NCBI GenBank assembly: GCA_026023565.1
Contig: JAPETS010000023.1
Coordinates: 372,001 to 436,000 of the forward strand
DNA length: 64,000 bases
From: Cirrosporium novae-zelandiae
Lineage: Eukaryota
Direction of reading: 5' to 3'
The notes beneath the pieces are model-generated. The model saw nothing but the letters and a program-made list of their open reading frames with translations. It searched no databases and had not been told where the DNA came from. How positions within the stretch are numbered: the first letter of the stretch is position 1; each line of letters starts with the position of its first letter. This document shows, piece after piece, positions 14,130-28,700 of the stretch. The position numbers and the translations under genes were made by a program.

Positions 14130-15900
14130 TTTTATAGAATATTTATTTTCTGGATTTTTTTACGTTTATTTATTCGGTTTTTTTTATAGATCGGATTTTT
14201 TTTCGTTTTTTTATTTTTAAAATATTTTTTTTATTCCAATTTTTTTTTACGTACTCGACTGGTTCGAATTTATATTCGATTTCGTTCATTTAATATTATA
14301 ATATATTTTATAACGAATATCGTATATATAATTATTCGAATAAATTCGAAAAATTAATTCGCGGATAGAACAAATTTATTATCCATGATTAATTTAATCT
14401 TTTTTTTTATCGGATCACGGTTTTATTTTATTTCGAATTATTTAGGAATTTTTTTCGATAATTTTATAATTATATATAAATGGATTAATAAAATAATTAT
14501 TTTCTAAAAAGTTTTCCGTATCGTCCTTTATTTATTGAATAATTTTTTATTGAATTAATATTCGGCAAATATTATAATAATATAATGATTTTTTTATATT
14601 TTTTTTTCTATAATTTTATTTGCTGGGGCTAATATATATATTTATTAGAATAATTCTATTATATTATTAATAAATATTATATTTTTAATTTTTTTCCGAA
14701 AATTCGTTTATAAAATCTTCCTCCAATATTATATAATATTTTTTATTATTATTATTATCGTTTTTTAGCGATATAATCGATAAAAAAAAATAAATATAAT
14801 ATTTTTATTTAATAATATCGGTTTCTAGTTTTATTCAACGATTATTTATTAGGGTATATTAATTTTTAAAAATTTTTTATTTTATAAACCTTTTATAAAG
14901 GCCAGAATTTTTTTTATTAATATTAATATTTTAAAAATTACTTTAGCCGTTCCTAAAAAATAAAATATTAAAACGGGGCAATATATATTATTATATATAC
15001 CACAAATTAGTTTCTAAAAAATTTTTTAAAACCATTTTTTTATAATAATTTGGTAGAACTAAAACGAAAACAATAATTTACAGATTATTTATTTAATTTA
15101 ATACCGAAAAAATTTTACCGTTCCATTTTTGAAATACCGAGATTAATTATTATTAATTATTATTAATAAATCCTATAAAATATCTTACGATTTCGATTTT
15201 TTCGGTATAATTATTATATTTATAATTAATATCGGAATTACGGGCTATTTATTTTATTTAAACAAATTTATATACGGCTATAATAATCGTATAATTCGGA
15301 TTCGATATATTATATTTATCTAATAATTTAATAAAAAATATAAATAACGTTTTTAATTTTAAAAATTATTTTTTATTACTGAAATTTATTTTAGATTATT
15401 AAAAATAAATTAGCGAATAAATAAATAAAATATTATAAATTAATATTAATTATATATAAAATCCCGAATAATAATTTTATAATAATTTTAATATATTTTA
15501 TAGATTCTCAAAATATTTTTTTATATATTAAAGAATTATTTTGTCCCGAAATATTTTATTAAAATCGTTTTTTATAAATATTATAATAAAATTCGTATTA
15601 TATATACCTCTGCGAAAATTAATAAAATTCTGAAAAATAAAATTATTAATCGAAAAAAAAAAAATTTTATTTCAAATTTATATATAATATTTTAAAATAG
15701 TTCAAAATTTATATTATTAATTTATAAATAATATATATAAATAAAATCAAAAATAATATAATTAAAAATTGTATTACGAATAAAATAAATAATAATCTAC
15801 GTTTTATTTAATTAAATTTCTATTTTTCTATTAAACCGCGACCGTTATTATCGGAATTAGATTATTAGTATCAAAAAAAAATATCGGAAAAAATTATTAA
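14130..15900 (+). pseudogene. Ferric reductase-like (FRE/NOX family) flavocytochrome, RIP-degraded, with introns
   Basis: TM region ADRTNLLSMINLIFFFIGSR...LGI...YKWIN (RAGLLSMINLIPLF.G.R; H.W.G). FAD region LAVPKK*NIKTGQYILLYIPQISF*...NHFFIIIW* (P..W...GQY...P...HPF..WW) and RKNFT (R.GFT). NAD region INKSYK (DGPYG), FGIIIIFIINIGITGYLFYL (GTVVMFA.GIGIAGHLPYL) and RIR.I.FI** (..WQ). Confidence 0.85.
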
Positions 15901-17599
15901 ATTCCGAAATAATCAATCGTAATAAATAATTAATTTGAAAATTTTTTATTTTCGTTAATTTTTTCAATTAATATATTATTATTTACGGTTAAATATCGTT
16001 ATATTTAATTTTGAATATACCAAAAATTTTAATAAATTAAAAAAGATTTTTTAAATTTGAATTATATTTATATTTAGTGAATTTTATTATTATTAGCGGA
16101 AATTTTTACGTATTTAGTTTTTTTTTATTTAACGAAATTATTTTTTTTTATAACGAAATTTTTTATTATGAAACGTATTTTCTAATTTTTAATAAATTAA
16201 ATTTTTTAAATATTAAGATCTAAAAAATTTGGTTTTAATAATAAAATTTTTTAGTCTATATTATTTTTAAATATTACCTATTTATTGGATAACGGAATAA
16301 AATATATTTATATATTTAAATTAATATACAATTCTATTATTTAGGAAATTCCAAAAAATTATAATCAATTAAATATATTAATAAAAACCTAATAAACGAA
16401 AACCTAAAAATTAAAAAAAAAAATCCGGTTAATATTATTATTTTAATTATAATATATTTCTAACGGCAATAAAATCTAGATATCCTTAAGTAAAAAACGA
16501 TTAAAATAATAGAAATATTTATAATCTATCTGTTAATTAAAAAATATAATTAAAATTTATTAATACTATTTAATATATTTAATAAAAAATTAATAAATAA
16601 TAATAAAAAAACTAATAAATAAATTTTATTTTATTTAAACGTAAATATCTAAGGCAACAATATATAATTGAAAAAAAATTTATAATATTTTTACGTTACA
16701 ATAGAAATATATTAAAAAAAATATTAATAAAAAAATTGATCTAAACGATACTAAAATATTAAGAATCTCTAACGTTAATAATAAATAAAATATATAATAC
16801 GGTTATAATATAAATATTAAATTTAATAAATAACTATTATCTAAATATCTATATTTAATATATTCCAGAAATTAAACTATTTATATTCTGTTCTAATTTA
16901 TTTATCCGTAAATTATTCAATTTTATTATTTAACGTAAATATATATTCGTATTCAATTTTTATAATTATTTTTTTTTTTAAAAATAATATACGACCTTAA
17001 TTTTTTACGCAAATTAATAAATATTATCTCGGAACTATTATAATAAATCAAAATATTTTCGATAAAAACTGATTTTTAAACGTAAATAACTAAATCTTTT
17101 TATAATTTTTTCAAATTATTATTTTATATTTAATAATAAATATTTTTTAGCCGTTCGTAATCGAAAAAATTAATTTCCGGCGGTTTAATTTTTATATATT
17201 TTATATTTAATTTTTGGGATTCTATAATTTTTGATAGTTCTAGAAAAAATATATTAAAAAATTAAGAAATCTGAAATTTATTTTTAATTTATTTATAAAT
17301 AATATAGATTTAGAAAATATCGGATCTATAATATTTTAATAATTAAAAAAAAAAATAATAAAAATATTGAAATTAAAAATTTTTTAAATTAAAATTTTTT
17401 ATAAAAAAAACGTTTATATTTATATTTATATTACGAAAAAATAAACGGTCGAATTTTTTAATATTAAATTTTTTTTATATAAATTATTAATTATACATTC
17501 GTTACGTATAATATTATTTTTTAAAAATAATTATTCTATCAATTTAAAAAATAAAAATAAATTATCCACGAAATTATAGATTAACGAATCTTATAATAT

Positions 17600-18560
17600 T
17601 TCTAAATTATATAAAAAAGGCTAATTATATATTTAGAACTAAAAAAATTTACGTCCGTTTCAATTACCGTTACCGGAAAAATTGAAAATCAAGAATTTAA
17701 TCGAAAAATTTATATAATTTTTTAATTAAAAAATAAAATTTTTTTTTAATAATTATTAAAAATATTTTAAATTAAATTATAATAATTTAATCGTTTTCGT
17801 TTATTAGAAAAACCCGTTATTTAAAATTATAATTATTAAAAAAAATTCTATTTATATTAATAAAAAAAAACTAATATTTTTCAAAAAATTATATTATTTT
17901 AAGATTTTGATTTTATTTAATATATATATTTATAATAGTTTTATTACTATTATTTATAAATACCGAAATATATATATTTTTCTATCTAATATTATTATTT
18001 ATCCGTTGAATCTAAAAAAATATTATATTACAACGATTTATTCCGAAATAAAATTAATTTATTTATTTTTTTTTAAAATAGAATTAATTTATTTAGATTT
18101 TAAATAATATTTATTTTTTTTACGGTATTTTTTATTATATATATAGTTTTATTTAATCTAATAATATATTTTTTTTTATTTATAATAATATTAAGATCGG
18201 TAATATTTTTAAAATTTTCTAAAAATTTTTAGAATACTAAATTTATTAATATAACGAATATTAACGATAATATATTATATAAAAAATATATTTTTATTTT
18301 TTTAATAAAAAATCTTCAGAATCTCAATCGATTGATTTTACAAATAATAAAAATAAATACCGATTAAAAAAAATTAAAATTACTATATTTTAAAAATCCT
18401 GAAAAATAATTTTTTGAAACACAGGATTTAACGACGAAAAAATATATTTTATATAATTAAAATAAAAATTTCTAAATAAAAAATAATTAGAATTATTAAA
18501 AAAATATAATATAATTTATTTAGAACGATTAAAAACCGAGAATATTATAATAAAAAAATA
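17600..18560 (+). pseudogene. Protein kinase-like (pseudokinase-like) gene, RIP-degraded
   Basis: Includes the given ORF 17907-18107 (..IIYKYRNIYIFLSNIIIYPLNLKKYYITTIYSEI, reverting to VYEY...SL..VVACPL.L.E..IATIC.E). Upstream IIIIKK (VAIK); downstream YSFI*SNNIFF..YNNIKIG (H..I..SNVLL...G.VKI) and LKNPEK*FFETQDL (P..WS..A.DF). Confidence 0.7.
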
Positions 18561-19399
18561 TAAAACGTTATTTAAATCCGCCGTAAAAATAGTTCTCGAT
18601 TTTTATTTAGGAAATATTAATTTTTTTATTTTTTTAAAATTATTATTTTCTGAAAAAATCCTAATATTTTTTTCCTCGATATTTGCCGAATTATTTCCAA
18701 TTTCCGAAAAAACGGCGTTTAACGATTTAATAATATTTATAGAATTTTTTATAATATAAATATTAGACCGAAAAATTATTTTATTCGATAATAATATTTA
18801 TATCGAATTCCTAAAAATCGTTAAAAACGAAAAATAATTTCTGAAAAATAATAATATTAATACTAATATATCTAATAATTTATTCTCCGAAAAATATATA
18901 AATTACGTATTTTATAATAGTATTTTTTAATAAATCGATTTTTATTTTATAAATAATATATATTTTTCCGATTAAAATCCCGAATTCTAAAGATTTTCTA
19001 AAAAAAATATATTATTTCAGAATATTGAAATAATTAAAGGTAATTCTAATTTTTAATCTCGAGTTTTTTAAACGTAAAATAATATAGATTTTATTAATCT
19101 GAATTTAGATTCAGCCACCTAAAATCTATTAAATTTAGAAAAACCGAGTTCGTTAGAATATATAAATAAAATTAAAAAAATATTATTAATAAATATTTTT
19201 ATATATTATAAAAAATAAAACGGATTTAATTCCAGTTAAAATAATAGATCTATAAATAATAAAAAATATTAGTAGATTATTATACGTATATAATTATATA
19301 ATATAATTTAGATATATTTTTTATATAAAAAAATAGAGCACAGTTTTATTTTTTTAGAAAATTTTTAATTTTGTATTTTTGAAATAATAATAAACGTGA

Positions 19400-20200
19400 A
19401 TATTTAATTATATAAATAGCTAAATATATTTAATAAATATTTCGTTAAAAAAAATAATAATTTTTTATTTTTAACGTCCAGATTTTATATTTATAAATAA
19501 AAATTACGGTAAAAACGAAATCGATTTTTTTAAAAATCGTTCAATATACCGAATAATATTAAGAATTTTATAAATTTCTAATATTTTTATACTGCGTAAT
19601 ATATATTATATAATATTAACGTAAATTAAAATATTTATTAGAAATATTAAAAACGATCAATCCTTTAATTAAGATTTTTTAAAAAAATTCTATTAATACG
19701 TGAATGAAACTGAAAAAATTAAAAAAATCTCCTAAAAAAAATTAAAATAAAAAATAATTCGATACGTTTATTATTAATAGATTTTAAATATTAAACGTTA
19801 TTAATATTTTTTATACAAAAAAACTCTAATATCTAAACGATATAAATATTAGATATATAGAAATATTTTTTAAATAAAATATAATTAATATAAAAAATTT
19901 CAATCAGTTTTTAATATAATATATAACGTTACGCAAAAAAATAAACGATTTATAAATAAATTTATAAAAACGAATAATAATTTATAAATATAATCGGAAA
20001 AAATAAAAAAAAAATCGAACGATTTTAAAACGTTTATCGGTAATATTATAAAAAATTATAACGTATTAAATAATTAATTAATATTAACCCAGCGGCGACT
20101 AAAAATAACGAAAAAAAATTAATAAAATCTGAATTCTTTCAATCGATAACGAGTTTAGAAAAATTAAAAAAAAATTAAAAAAAACACGATTTATTTAATT
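19400..20200 (+). pseudogene. Possible coiled-coil protein relic
   Basis: Purine-rich, E/K/Q-like frame including LILTQRRLKITKK. Weak evidence. Confidence 0.25.
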
Positions 20201-21149
20201 TATATATATAATAATATTTTATAATATAATATTTTATTTTTTGAGAATTACTAATATATTTTATAAAATAATTGAGTATTAATAATATTATAAAATTATT
20301 AATTCTTAAAATATTTATTATAAAATCTTAATTCTTTAATTATTTTTAGGATTTTTTTTATACGTATTAATCGTAGATTAATATTTATAAGAATAATATA
20401 ATTAAAATAAATATTATATTTCGTAATTTTTTGGAATAATATAATAATAAAACTGCTGCGAAATAATATTTTAGAATTTTATAAAAATTATTTTTTTGAA
20501 ATAATTTATACTAACGTAATCGGTAATATTCGATATAATTAATTAAATCAAAATATAATCAGATATTTATAAACTAATAAATTACGGAAATATTTCCGAA
20601 AATACATAATAAATCTTATTTTTTTTATTTATCGATACGATCGTTTTAAAATTATTTTTTAGCGGTTACCGAAAACAAATATTAAATTATAATTATATAA
20701 AATTAATAAATAATCTTTATTATAATTTATCTCTTAAAATTAAATACCGAATTCGAGATTTTTATATAAAAAAAAATATTGTGAATCTAGAGTATAGGCC
20801 AGAATTAGATTATACGTAGGAAAAGCCGGGGATAATAATATTATAGGGATATAAATTATATTAGAAATTATTTTAAAAAAATTTTATTTATAGGAAATTT
20901 AGAGCTCAAATCCGAGTATAATTACGATTCATAAATTTAAATTATAAAATTTTTATTTATAATTTTATATAGATTTATTTATAATATTTAAAAATATTAT
21001 TTATTATTTTATTCAAAAATAAATATTATAAAGATTATAAATATAATTAATCTAAATTTATAGAATTTTTATTAAGATTTTATATAAGAAAAATTTGTAT
21101 TAATAAAAAAAACTAAATATTTAATATCGAAATTTTTTAGAAAAAAACA

Positions 21150-24100
21150 GAATATTATATAAAATAATTTTTTTCCGTCCGGCCTTTTCGCAACGGCCAG
21201 AATATCGATACTAACGATAAAATAATAGATCAATTATTTAATAATTTAGCGTACCAAATTTTATATCTAATATTTATTGCTATACGAACCAAAAAATCGG
21301 ATAAAAAAATCTATTGATTTTTCGAAAAAATAAATTATTTAGAATTAAATAAATAAAAATATTTTCGTCGAAATATTAAATATTAAATACGATATATTTT
21401 TTAAAATAATCGTATATTTCGTATCCGTCCTAGTAATTCAAAATACCCAGAATGATTTTGTTATAAATTATAAAACGAACCGTTGGAAATAATCGAATTA
21501 TTTTATTAATAAACGCGTAATTATTAAAACTACGATTTAATATTAATTTATAATATCTATAAATATCTCTAAAAAATAATAGAAAATCGTCGAATTCAAA
21601 ATAAAATATTATAATCTATAATATTTTAATAATAACGTATAAATTATTATACGTAAAAAAATAATAAATTATATTATAACGAAATTCTTCTATTTTATTT
21701 ATATTATTAAAATCTGGTTCCTTTCTTTATAATATAAAATTGAGCCGAAAATAATTATTTTTTATTATTTTATTTAAATAATTAATATAATTATTCCAGC
21801 TAATCTAACCGTTTATAAAAAAAATTATTTTTAAATTCGGAATAATTATAAAATAAAATTATCGTAAAAAATACTTTTAATAAAAAATATTTTAGATAAT
21901 ATAAATTGAAAAAAAAAAATCGGTACCGACGGAAATTATAATATCCGGTTTTAAATCTATCGGCTAGATTTGGAATATTTTTTATAATTAAATATCGATA
22001 AAATTATTATATTTCAAATCTCCGTTCTATAATAATCCAAATTTAAAAAAATACGGAGAAAAATATTTTATATTAATTAATCTGGGTATAAACGAATAAT
22101 TAGAATTTTTATATTTATAATTTATTATAAAATAGCTAAAATATATTTAATATTTTTTAAACGATTAATATAAGAGTTTAAATAGCAAAATAAAAAAATA
22201 TACGTTTTTTAAATTATAATTTTGTTTATAAAATTCTTCGGTCGGAATATTTTGTAATCTATAATTATATCGTCAGGGATATTATTAAAAAAAAAACTAA
22301 AAATATAAAAATAAAAATAATATTTATTTAAATTAATTCCACGATTTCCAGTTCTATTATAATTGGTAAAAAAATAAAATTTAGCGTTAATAATAATAAT
22401 TGCGGTAACTACGATTTTAATATTAAATAATTTCGAGATTATAATATCAAACAAACGGCGATTTATTCCAAAATTTTTTTATAAATATTTCTTTATAATT
22501 ACAGGGTTATAATAGCTATTAAAAAAAAATCACGAAACGATTAAAACGATTAAAAAACGTTTTATTTTAATTAAAATTTTGAAAAAAAATACGTTTAACG
22601 AATTTATTAAAATCGGATTTATAATTTTCTATATTCGAATATTAAATAAATAATTTAAGAATAAAAAAACTATTTATAAATAATTAATAAAAAAAAATAA
22701 TTAAATAACCCGTTATAATAAATCTGAATTAATATTAAAAACGTAGTTAAAATATTTTTAAAAAAAATAAAATAGATTTAAAATTTATTAAAAGATTTCG
22801 AGAAATTCTAATATAATAATATTTCGTATATTTTTTCCGTTAATATATAGTAGACGTAGTTTAATAATTAATAATTTTAAATTTATCGATATATTTATTT
22901 ATTTTATATATAAAATACACTCGGTAAAATCATAATAATACGGATTATTTTTTTGGGATATACCGAAAATACGGACGCAGATATTACAGATACTATATTT
23001 ATAGATAAAAATATATTTAGAATTACGGCGAAAACAGAAAAAATACGTTTTCGTATTTTTAAAAACGGTCCAAAATATAGACCAGGATTGGAGATTTTTA
23101 TAATATATTTCAGAAACACGGCTATCTATTTTAATCCGTTAGAATAAAATCACGAGACGATTTTTAATAAATTAATAGAAAATTTATATTCGAATTAAAA
23201 AATAATAATTATAGATAATATTTAAATAGAAATTTTCGTATATCTATTAGAAAATAACCGTTAAATCAAAATTTATTAAAAAATTATTAATAACGTCGTA
23301 ATTTATAAAATAAATTAATATTTTTAATAATTTACGAGATATATATATAAAATAATTATTGAAAAAAATAACGGAAATTATATATATTATAAAAATTTCT
23401 TTAAAAATATCGTTTATTAAATATATTTATTTAAAAATATTAAAATATATAATAAAATTTTTTATTACGATATTTTTTTTTCGGTATATTTAAATATAAT
23501 CGAACGATTAATTAATAATCGATACAATATATTTATACGTACGATCGAAAAATACACTGAAATAGATAGCAGAAAATAGGGTATAAAATCGAATTCGAAT
23601 ATCCCGTATATTATTAATTTTTTTCGAAATCGTTTTTTAGAACGGTAAGTACGCCGAAAATCTTAATAATTGATTTCTATATAAAAAAAATAAAAATTTA
23701 CAAAATAAAAAAAACTAAAAAAATAAAAATAATTTAATAACGAATTCTTTAGAATTAATTTCAGAAATAATAATAATAATTCGAGATCGAACTAAAAAAA
23801 TAGATGAATTATATTAAATTTATATCTATAATTAATTAATAATATTTATTAAATCACCGTAATTATCAGCGAATAAATAAAAAATATCTATAAAAATAAA
23901 AAATAGTCGAGTATAAATAGCGTTCATAAAATTCTGATAATTCAGATTTTCAGCCCTATTTAGGATTCGGAATTAAATTATTTCGTAATAATTATCGTAG
24001 TAAATAATTTTAATAGATTTATTATTAAAATTATTATCGATAAATAACGTTAAATATATATTATTAATCGATTTTTAATCGATATAAAAATTTACGATAT

Positions 24101-24330
24101 TATAATTTCGACGTTTTAAAATATTATTATCGCGGTAAAAAATTTAAAATATTTCCGTTTTGATTTTTTTACCGGAAAAAAAAATCAATATCGGATATTA
24201 TTTAATAAAATAAAATAATTTTTTAATAATTTAATTAAAACGAATTCTATACATTAATAATTAATTATAATTTTTTTATTTTTTTTTTTAATATCTGTAA
24301 TTATTGAACGTGTATATAATTTATTATAAT
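21150..24330 (-). pseudogene. Patatin-like phospholipase (PLP) with upstream RING-like Cys cluster, RIP-degraded, with introns
   Basis: Minus strand, in order: KTYFFCFRR.SKYIF.YKYSICNICVRIFG (C..C.RR.PEH...CGH.ICD.C..FG, ~23050-22960); LKLLIIKLRLLYINGKNIRNI (KPPTAG.RLL.IDGGG.RG); YFNYVFNINS (FD..FGTSSG); RRLFD..KIVVTA....AKF.FFTNYNRTG.R (given ORF 22209-22454); *NGDLKYNN (QDGGL.HNN); PDIIISVGT; RKINRFF...WFV*Q* (KISGFP...WF.QQ). N-terminal RFN*IIKKL....*YPIL.F.GKK near 24230. Confidence 0.9.
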
Positions 24331-24849
24331 TATTAAAAATAAAAAAAAAAAAATATTAAAATTTTTTTTAATAACGTTAGATTCTTTATTTTTTAATAAT
24401 TAATTATATAATCCAAATAATAGAGATTCACCGAATATTAAAAATATAATTATAATATCGTTTATTATCAAAATTAAATAAATATTTTTTTATAAAAAAA
24501 ATAATAATTTAATAAAAAACTAATTTCAAAATTATTTCTATTTTTATAATATCATTAATTTAATCGACCAAATTTATAAAAAAAAATAATCCTGTTTTCG
24601 CGGAATAATACGTATAGATTTATAATATCTCTAATTTAAACGTTTAATACGGGAGCTCGATTATATCAATATATTTCGTCTAATTAACGTATTCAAAAAT
24701 AAATAAAATTATAATCGATTAAAACCGGAATATTATATTTTTATTTTTATTAACGACGAAAATTTGAATCTAATATTATAAAAATTTAATATAAATCTAA
24801 TCGATTTTTTTAAATTATAAACGGAATTATATTATTTTATTAAAAAAAA

Positions 24850-25442
24850 ACGTTTTTTAGTGATCCTACACCACTAAATCAATTCACTATTATAACGACC
24901 GTTATACGAAATAATTAACGTTTATTTAAGATTTATAAAATTTAACAGTAATAGAGAAATATCGGGAATTGAAAAAATACGTATTATTAACGAGAATTAA
25001 ACGGATACAAAAAAATAATAATATTTAAAAAACGAATCGAACGAACCAAAATAAAATTTTATAATAAAATTTAATAATTCGGTATTACGATTTTTATTTT
25101 AAAAAAAAAACGATTAAACGAAAAAACGTCGTTAAAAGATTTTACGAAAAAAAAAAATTCTAAAAAAAAATAAATTAATAATCGGAATATTTTAATTAAA
25201 TAAACGATTAAATATATAATAATACGTATATTTCCTATAATCGGGAAAAAAATATATTAGATTTTAAAAACCGACGATTTTATAATATAATTACGGGAAA
25301 TATTTTTCAATTTAAAAACCCGAATAATCGTTTTAAAAAAACGAAATAATAAAATTATAAAAATCTAAAAAAAAAACCAAAAAAATTATACGCGATTAAA
25401 TAAAAATTTCTAATAATTAAAAAAATAATTATAATAATAATT
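24850..25442 (+). mobile_element. Tad1-like LINE copy D, 5' portion (interrupted by copy C)
   Basis: Begins aacgttttttagtgatcctacaccactaaatcaattcactattataacgacc, the reverse complement of the family 5' terminus. Resumes at 31754. Confidence 0.9.
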
Positions 25443-25789
25443 GATGATGATGATTATTCATTATTTTATATCTATATGCCGTTTAGAAACTATAACGGAC
25501 TCTATTCGGGAGTTTTTAGACCCTTTCGTATCCTTTTTCGGGCTTATTTTTAGTTAAAGTGATGGGGGTTACTCCTCTGGTTCGGCTATATAGTTTCCCC
25601 CTTTTTTTGGGTTTCCTAGAATTATCTGATTTATTTAACCGGATAATTTTTTAGCGTTATTTCGGTGTTCGTAACCTATAAATAGATTTATTCGTATTTA
25701 TTTTCGATTTTTTTAGTTTTTATTTACGTATACGTTTATCCCGCGTATCTATTACGGGCCCAGTTTTTATTTAATATCTACGTTTGGGT

Positions 25790-28700
25790 CCTTTTTTCCC
25801 CCGTATCCGGGTTTTATCCACCCCCAATCTAGATACGTTTCACGATTTTCCGTTTCGTATTTGATTTAGGATTGGGATTTCCTTATTTCCGTATTATTTA
25901 AAAAACGTATTCAATTTTTAAAAAATTTTCGGTTTTTTAATACGAATATTAATTTTTTTTTTTTAATTATATTAAATTATTAATTTTTTTATTTTTTTAT
26001 TATTTCCTATAATTAAATTTTAATCGTTTTTTAATGTAGGTATATTAATATTAAATAAAAAACGTTTTAATACGAAATCCCGTATTATTAATATTCCGGA
26101 ATAATAATAATTTTCGTACGATATATATATTTTTTAATAACAGCGTATTTCGTTTTTATTTAATAAAATTTATTTATTAATTTTTTAAACGCGTATTTTA
26201 ATATCCGATTTTTTTTATATTTCGGATATATTCGATACGATTTATCGGACGATTTTTTTATTTTTTAATTATATAATTAATTATATATTTTTATAATCTA
26301 TTTTTCCGTTATATTATAAATTATATAAATTAACGAAATTTATTCGATTATTTTATTATTTTTTAACGCCGCGTTTATTTTAATTATTTAATTTATTATT
26401 TCGTTTTTTAATATTCCGTAATATTCTAGAATTTATTTAATAATAATTTTCGTTTTTTAATCGATTAAATATTTAATATATTCGTATATTTTTTATACGA
26501 TTATTTAATTTTTTTTTAATTTTTTTTTTTCGATCCGTTTAATAGCCGTTTGCGAATCAAATAATATTATTATTTTTTTTTTAAGAATTTTATAATTATT
26601 TAAATACGTTTTAATCGTTATTTATAAAATTATTTACGTCCCCCAAAATTTTATATTAAATATTTTTTTATTTTAATTTAAATAATATTTTTATATTATT
26701 TATAAAATTTTTTTAATTATTTTTTAAATTATTCCCGTTTTTATTTTATAATTTTTTAATTTAAATTTATTCGATTAATATACGTTTTTCTAATTTTACG
26801 TTAATATTTCGTTAAAAATTTATTATTTTAAAAATATTATTATTTTTTTTTAAAATTTATTTTTTTCGATTATTTAAATTTTTTCGATTTTAAAATTCGG
26901 ATTTATTATTTTTTAAATTATCGTTATAATTAAATATTAATTTAATATATTTTTTTTAATTTTTTAAATTTATTAAAAATTTTTTAACGATTATTTTTTT
27001 AATTAAATATTTACGTTTTTTATTTTAAATATTATCGATAATATCAAATTCGTTAAATTTTTTTCGATTTTTTAAAAATATTAGAATTTATATTTTTTTT
27101 ACGTAGTATTTAATATTACGTTTATAAAATATATATAAATTTTTTATATAATCGTTATTATTAAAATTATTTTATAAATTTCCGTTATTAATTTTATAAA
27201 TTTATTTAATAATTTTTAAAATTTTATTTAATATCCGATTTATTTTTTTTATTAAATTTCGTATCCGTATATATAAATTAATATTATCGTCGTTATAATT
27301 ATTTAACGCGTAAATCCCGTAAATAATCCGTTTCGATAATATATATATTTAATTACGTTTTTCGCGTATTTAATTTTAATTAAACGTTGAACGTAATAAA
27401 TTTAAAAATTAAATTTCGGGTTTAATTATATATTTAATTATTATACGTAATTTTTTTTATATTTCATCGAATAATTATCGATTTTAATTTTTAATTTTAT
27501 ATTTATTTAAATTTAATATTTATATAATTTAAAAAATATTATAATTTTAATTTTTTAAATATCGAATTTTAATTTTTTTTTTTTTTTATTAAACCGCCGT
27601 TTTTATTATTTATTAAATAATTTTCCGGATTTATTTATTATTTATATAAATAATCGAGAAATTTATATCGTTTATAAATAATAAAATTTTAATTATAAAA
27701 ACCGTTTATTTTATAATTATAAATAATCCGTTGCAATATATTAGGAATAATATTAGAAATACGAATAATTTTTATAATATCCTTATTTCTATATTAATTC
27801 AGAATTATATTTTTCCGTCGATTATTAATTCGACGTTTCGTTAAATTATAAAACTAATTATTTATTTAATAATATTTTTATCGATTTTTAATTATTTTAA
27901 ATATTATATTAATTTAAATTATAATATATAATTAAACGCTTTTTTTATATTTATAAATAAAATATAAATTATTTATTTTCGATTAAATTTTTTTTTATTT
28001 AATATATTAAATACGTAAATATATCGATTACGTTCCGATTATATTTCGATTTAAATTAATTTTTATATAATTTATTTAAATTTTCGTATATATTTATTAG
28101 CGCGTTAATTATAATTTTTTCGATTATTTTATTTAAATAATATAATAAATTTATTATTTTATAATTTTTAATTAATATTTTATCGGTTTTTCCGGATTTA
28201 AATAATAATATTTTTTAAATATATTTTTATTATATCGGATAATATTTTAATTAGAAATAATATTAGATTATTTTTATTATTTTATTAAAATTTTATTATT
28301 ATAATATACGTAACGTTTTAAATTAAATACTGTCGTATTTTAAAATTTTATTCGTATTTTATACGTATAACGTTTTCCGTACCGTTTTTTCGAACAATTA
28401 TTAGGCGAATATCCCCCCGATCGGAGACCGAGATTCAGGGTTTTTTAGAAATAACGGGAACGTCCGTTCCTATATAAAAGTTTTTTTATTTTTAATTTTT
28501 ATCGCTATTCTCCCGTTTTTTATACGGAACGCTAATATCGGATCTCGGTTTTAAAATTTATAATATTTTAATATTTTTTATAGATCCGGCGTTTTTATTT
28601 CGTTTTTTTAAATATTATATAATATTCGTATTTTTTAGCGGTATATTCGGGATTTTATTAAATTTTCGATTAAACGTATACCCGTTTAGATTTTACGTAT

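Noticed and set aside
16200..17200. Additional gene between the FRE and kinase relics (e.g. DUF3723)
   Set aside because: Both strands give partly open RIP-type frames, but strand and family could not be determined and no DUF3723 motif was recognised.
22904..23147. Given ORFs 22904-23119(-) and 22953-23147(+)
   Set aside because: They are off-frame and antisense shadows of the RING-like region of the patatin pseudogene.
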